DNA from: Candidatus Saccharicenans subterraneus
GTDB taxonomy: Bacteria > Acidobacteriota > Aminicenantia > Aminicenantales > Saccharicenantaceae
DNA: 64,000 nt
Direction: 5' to 3'
NCBI GenBank assembly: GCA_003426165.1
Contig: QUAH01000009.1
Coordinates: forward strand, 64,620 to 128,619
Part shown: positions 63,485 to 64,000 of the stretch, piece by piece
Numbering within the stretch: the stretch's first letter is position 1
Layout: each line of letters starts with the position of its first letter
Program-made: the position numbers and the translations under genes
The notes under the pieces: model-generated
Told to the model about the DNA's origin: nothing
Databases searched by the model: none
What the model saw: only the letters and a program-made list of their open reading frames with translations

Positions 63485-64000
63485 CTATCGGCGCCTTGAC
63501 GGTGCACTTCTCCCTTCCCTCCGGTATTTTTCAAGCAGAGCTGAAAGCTGCCCCACAATCTCGGGATGCTTGTCCCAGAGATTGATCTCTTCATGTGGAT
63601 CCCGGGCCAAGTTATATAATTGACCGGGTGTTCCTGCTCTGGGTGGTTCGCCTGAGGGTGGCATCCAGCCGCCGGAGGTTTCATTATCCAGAATTAGTTT
63701 CCATTCTCCCTGTCGAATTGCAAATGTGCCATTTTCCGAATGATAGACGAGGGCCTCTCGAATGGGTTGGTTAAGCCTTTTTCCAAGCAGGGCTGGAGAA
63801 ATGTCATAGCTATCCGGACCGGCTTCTGGGGTCATAGCCGCACCGGTGAGCGAAGATAGAGTTGCCATTATATCAGTGAGGCAGACAGGTTCGGATGATG
63901 TTGTCCCGGCCTTGATTCGACCTGGCCATCTGGCAATGAAGGGAATACGATGGCCGCCTTCCCAGATATGAGTTTTATAGCCGCGCCATGGTCCTGATGA
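63485..64000 (-). CDS. sulfatase. Partial: the N-terminus lies beyond the window end.
   Basis: The reading frame continues to the window edge. C-terminal sulfatase signature ...GQLYNLARDPHEEINLWDKHPEIVGQL. The track ORF 63485..63868 starts at an internal Met. Confidence 0.7.
   Translation of the reverse strand, partial: SSGPWRGYKTHIWEGGHRIPFIARWPGRIKAGTTSSEPVCLTDIMATLSSLTGAAMTPEAGPDSYDISPALLGKRLNQPIREALVYHSENGTFAIRQGEWKLILDNETSGGWMPPSGEPPRAGTPGQLYNLARDPHEEINLWDKHPEIVGQLSALLEKYRREGRSAPSRRR

Overview
The window reads as one contiguous chromosomal stretch of a moderately GC-rich (about 55%) bacterium. Its protein sequences are divergent enough to suggest an uncultivated, candidate-phylum-like lineage. 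It is gene-dense and shows no transposase, integrase or CRISPR array.

Core housekeeping genes:
- gyrB and gyrA (gyrA carries an unusual charged N-terminal extension)
- dnaG and rpoD in the conserved macromolecular-synthesis arrangement
- carA and carB, where carA has an apparent 5' frameshift
- a DRG/Obg-like GTPase with a TGS domain, a cyclophilin, and two tRNAs (tRNA-Met CAU and tRNA-Leu UAA)

Accessory content:
- three paralogous secreted M28/PA-domain peptidases plus a C69 dipeptidase
- an inositol-lipid module: myo-inositol-1-phosphate synthase divergent from a CDP-alcohol phosphatidyltransferase, next to a GlmU-like protein whose N-terminal nucleotidyltransferase motif is degenerate
- a glycan-utilization cluster: GH38 alpha-mannosidase, GH27-like alpha-galactosidase, a Cys-type sulfatase with its radical-SAM maturase, a second sulfatase, and two uncharacterized secreted proteins
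- an ECF sigma factor with a putative anti-sigma, TonB, hemerythrin, OsmC, photolyase, a LarB/PurE-like protein and an acyl-CoA ligase

The most striking element is a translationally coupled pair of giant genes (1112 aa and 1330 aa) on the minus strand at 35191..42536. Neither has recognizable catalytic motifs. The upstream one has a twin-arginine (Tat) signal and a Gly-rich hydrophobic C-terminal segment; the downstream one has no signal peptide. This looks like an uncharacterized Tat-exported two-subunit complex.

All calls rest on reading the supplied ORF translations and the raw sequence. No database searches were run.
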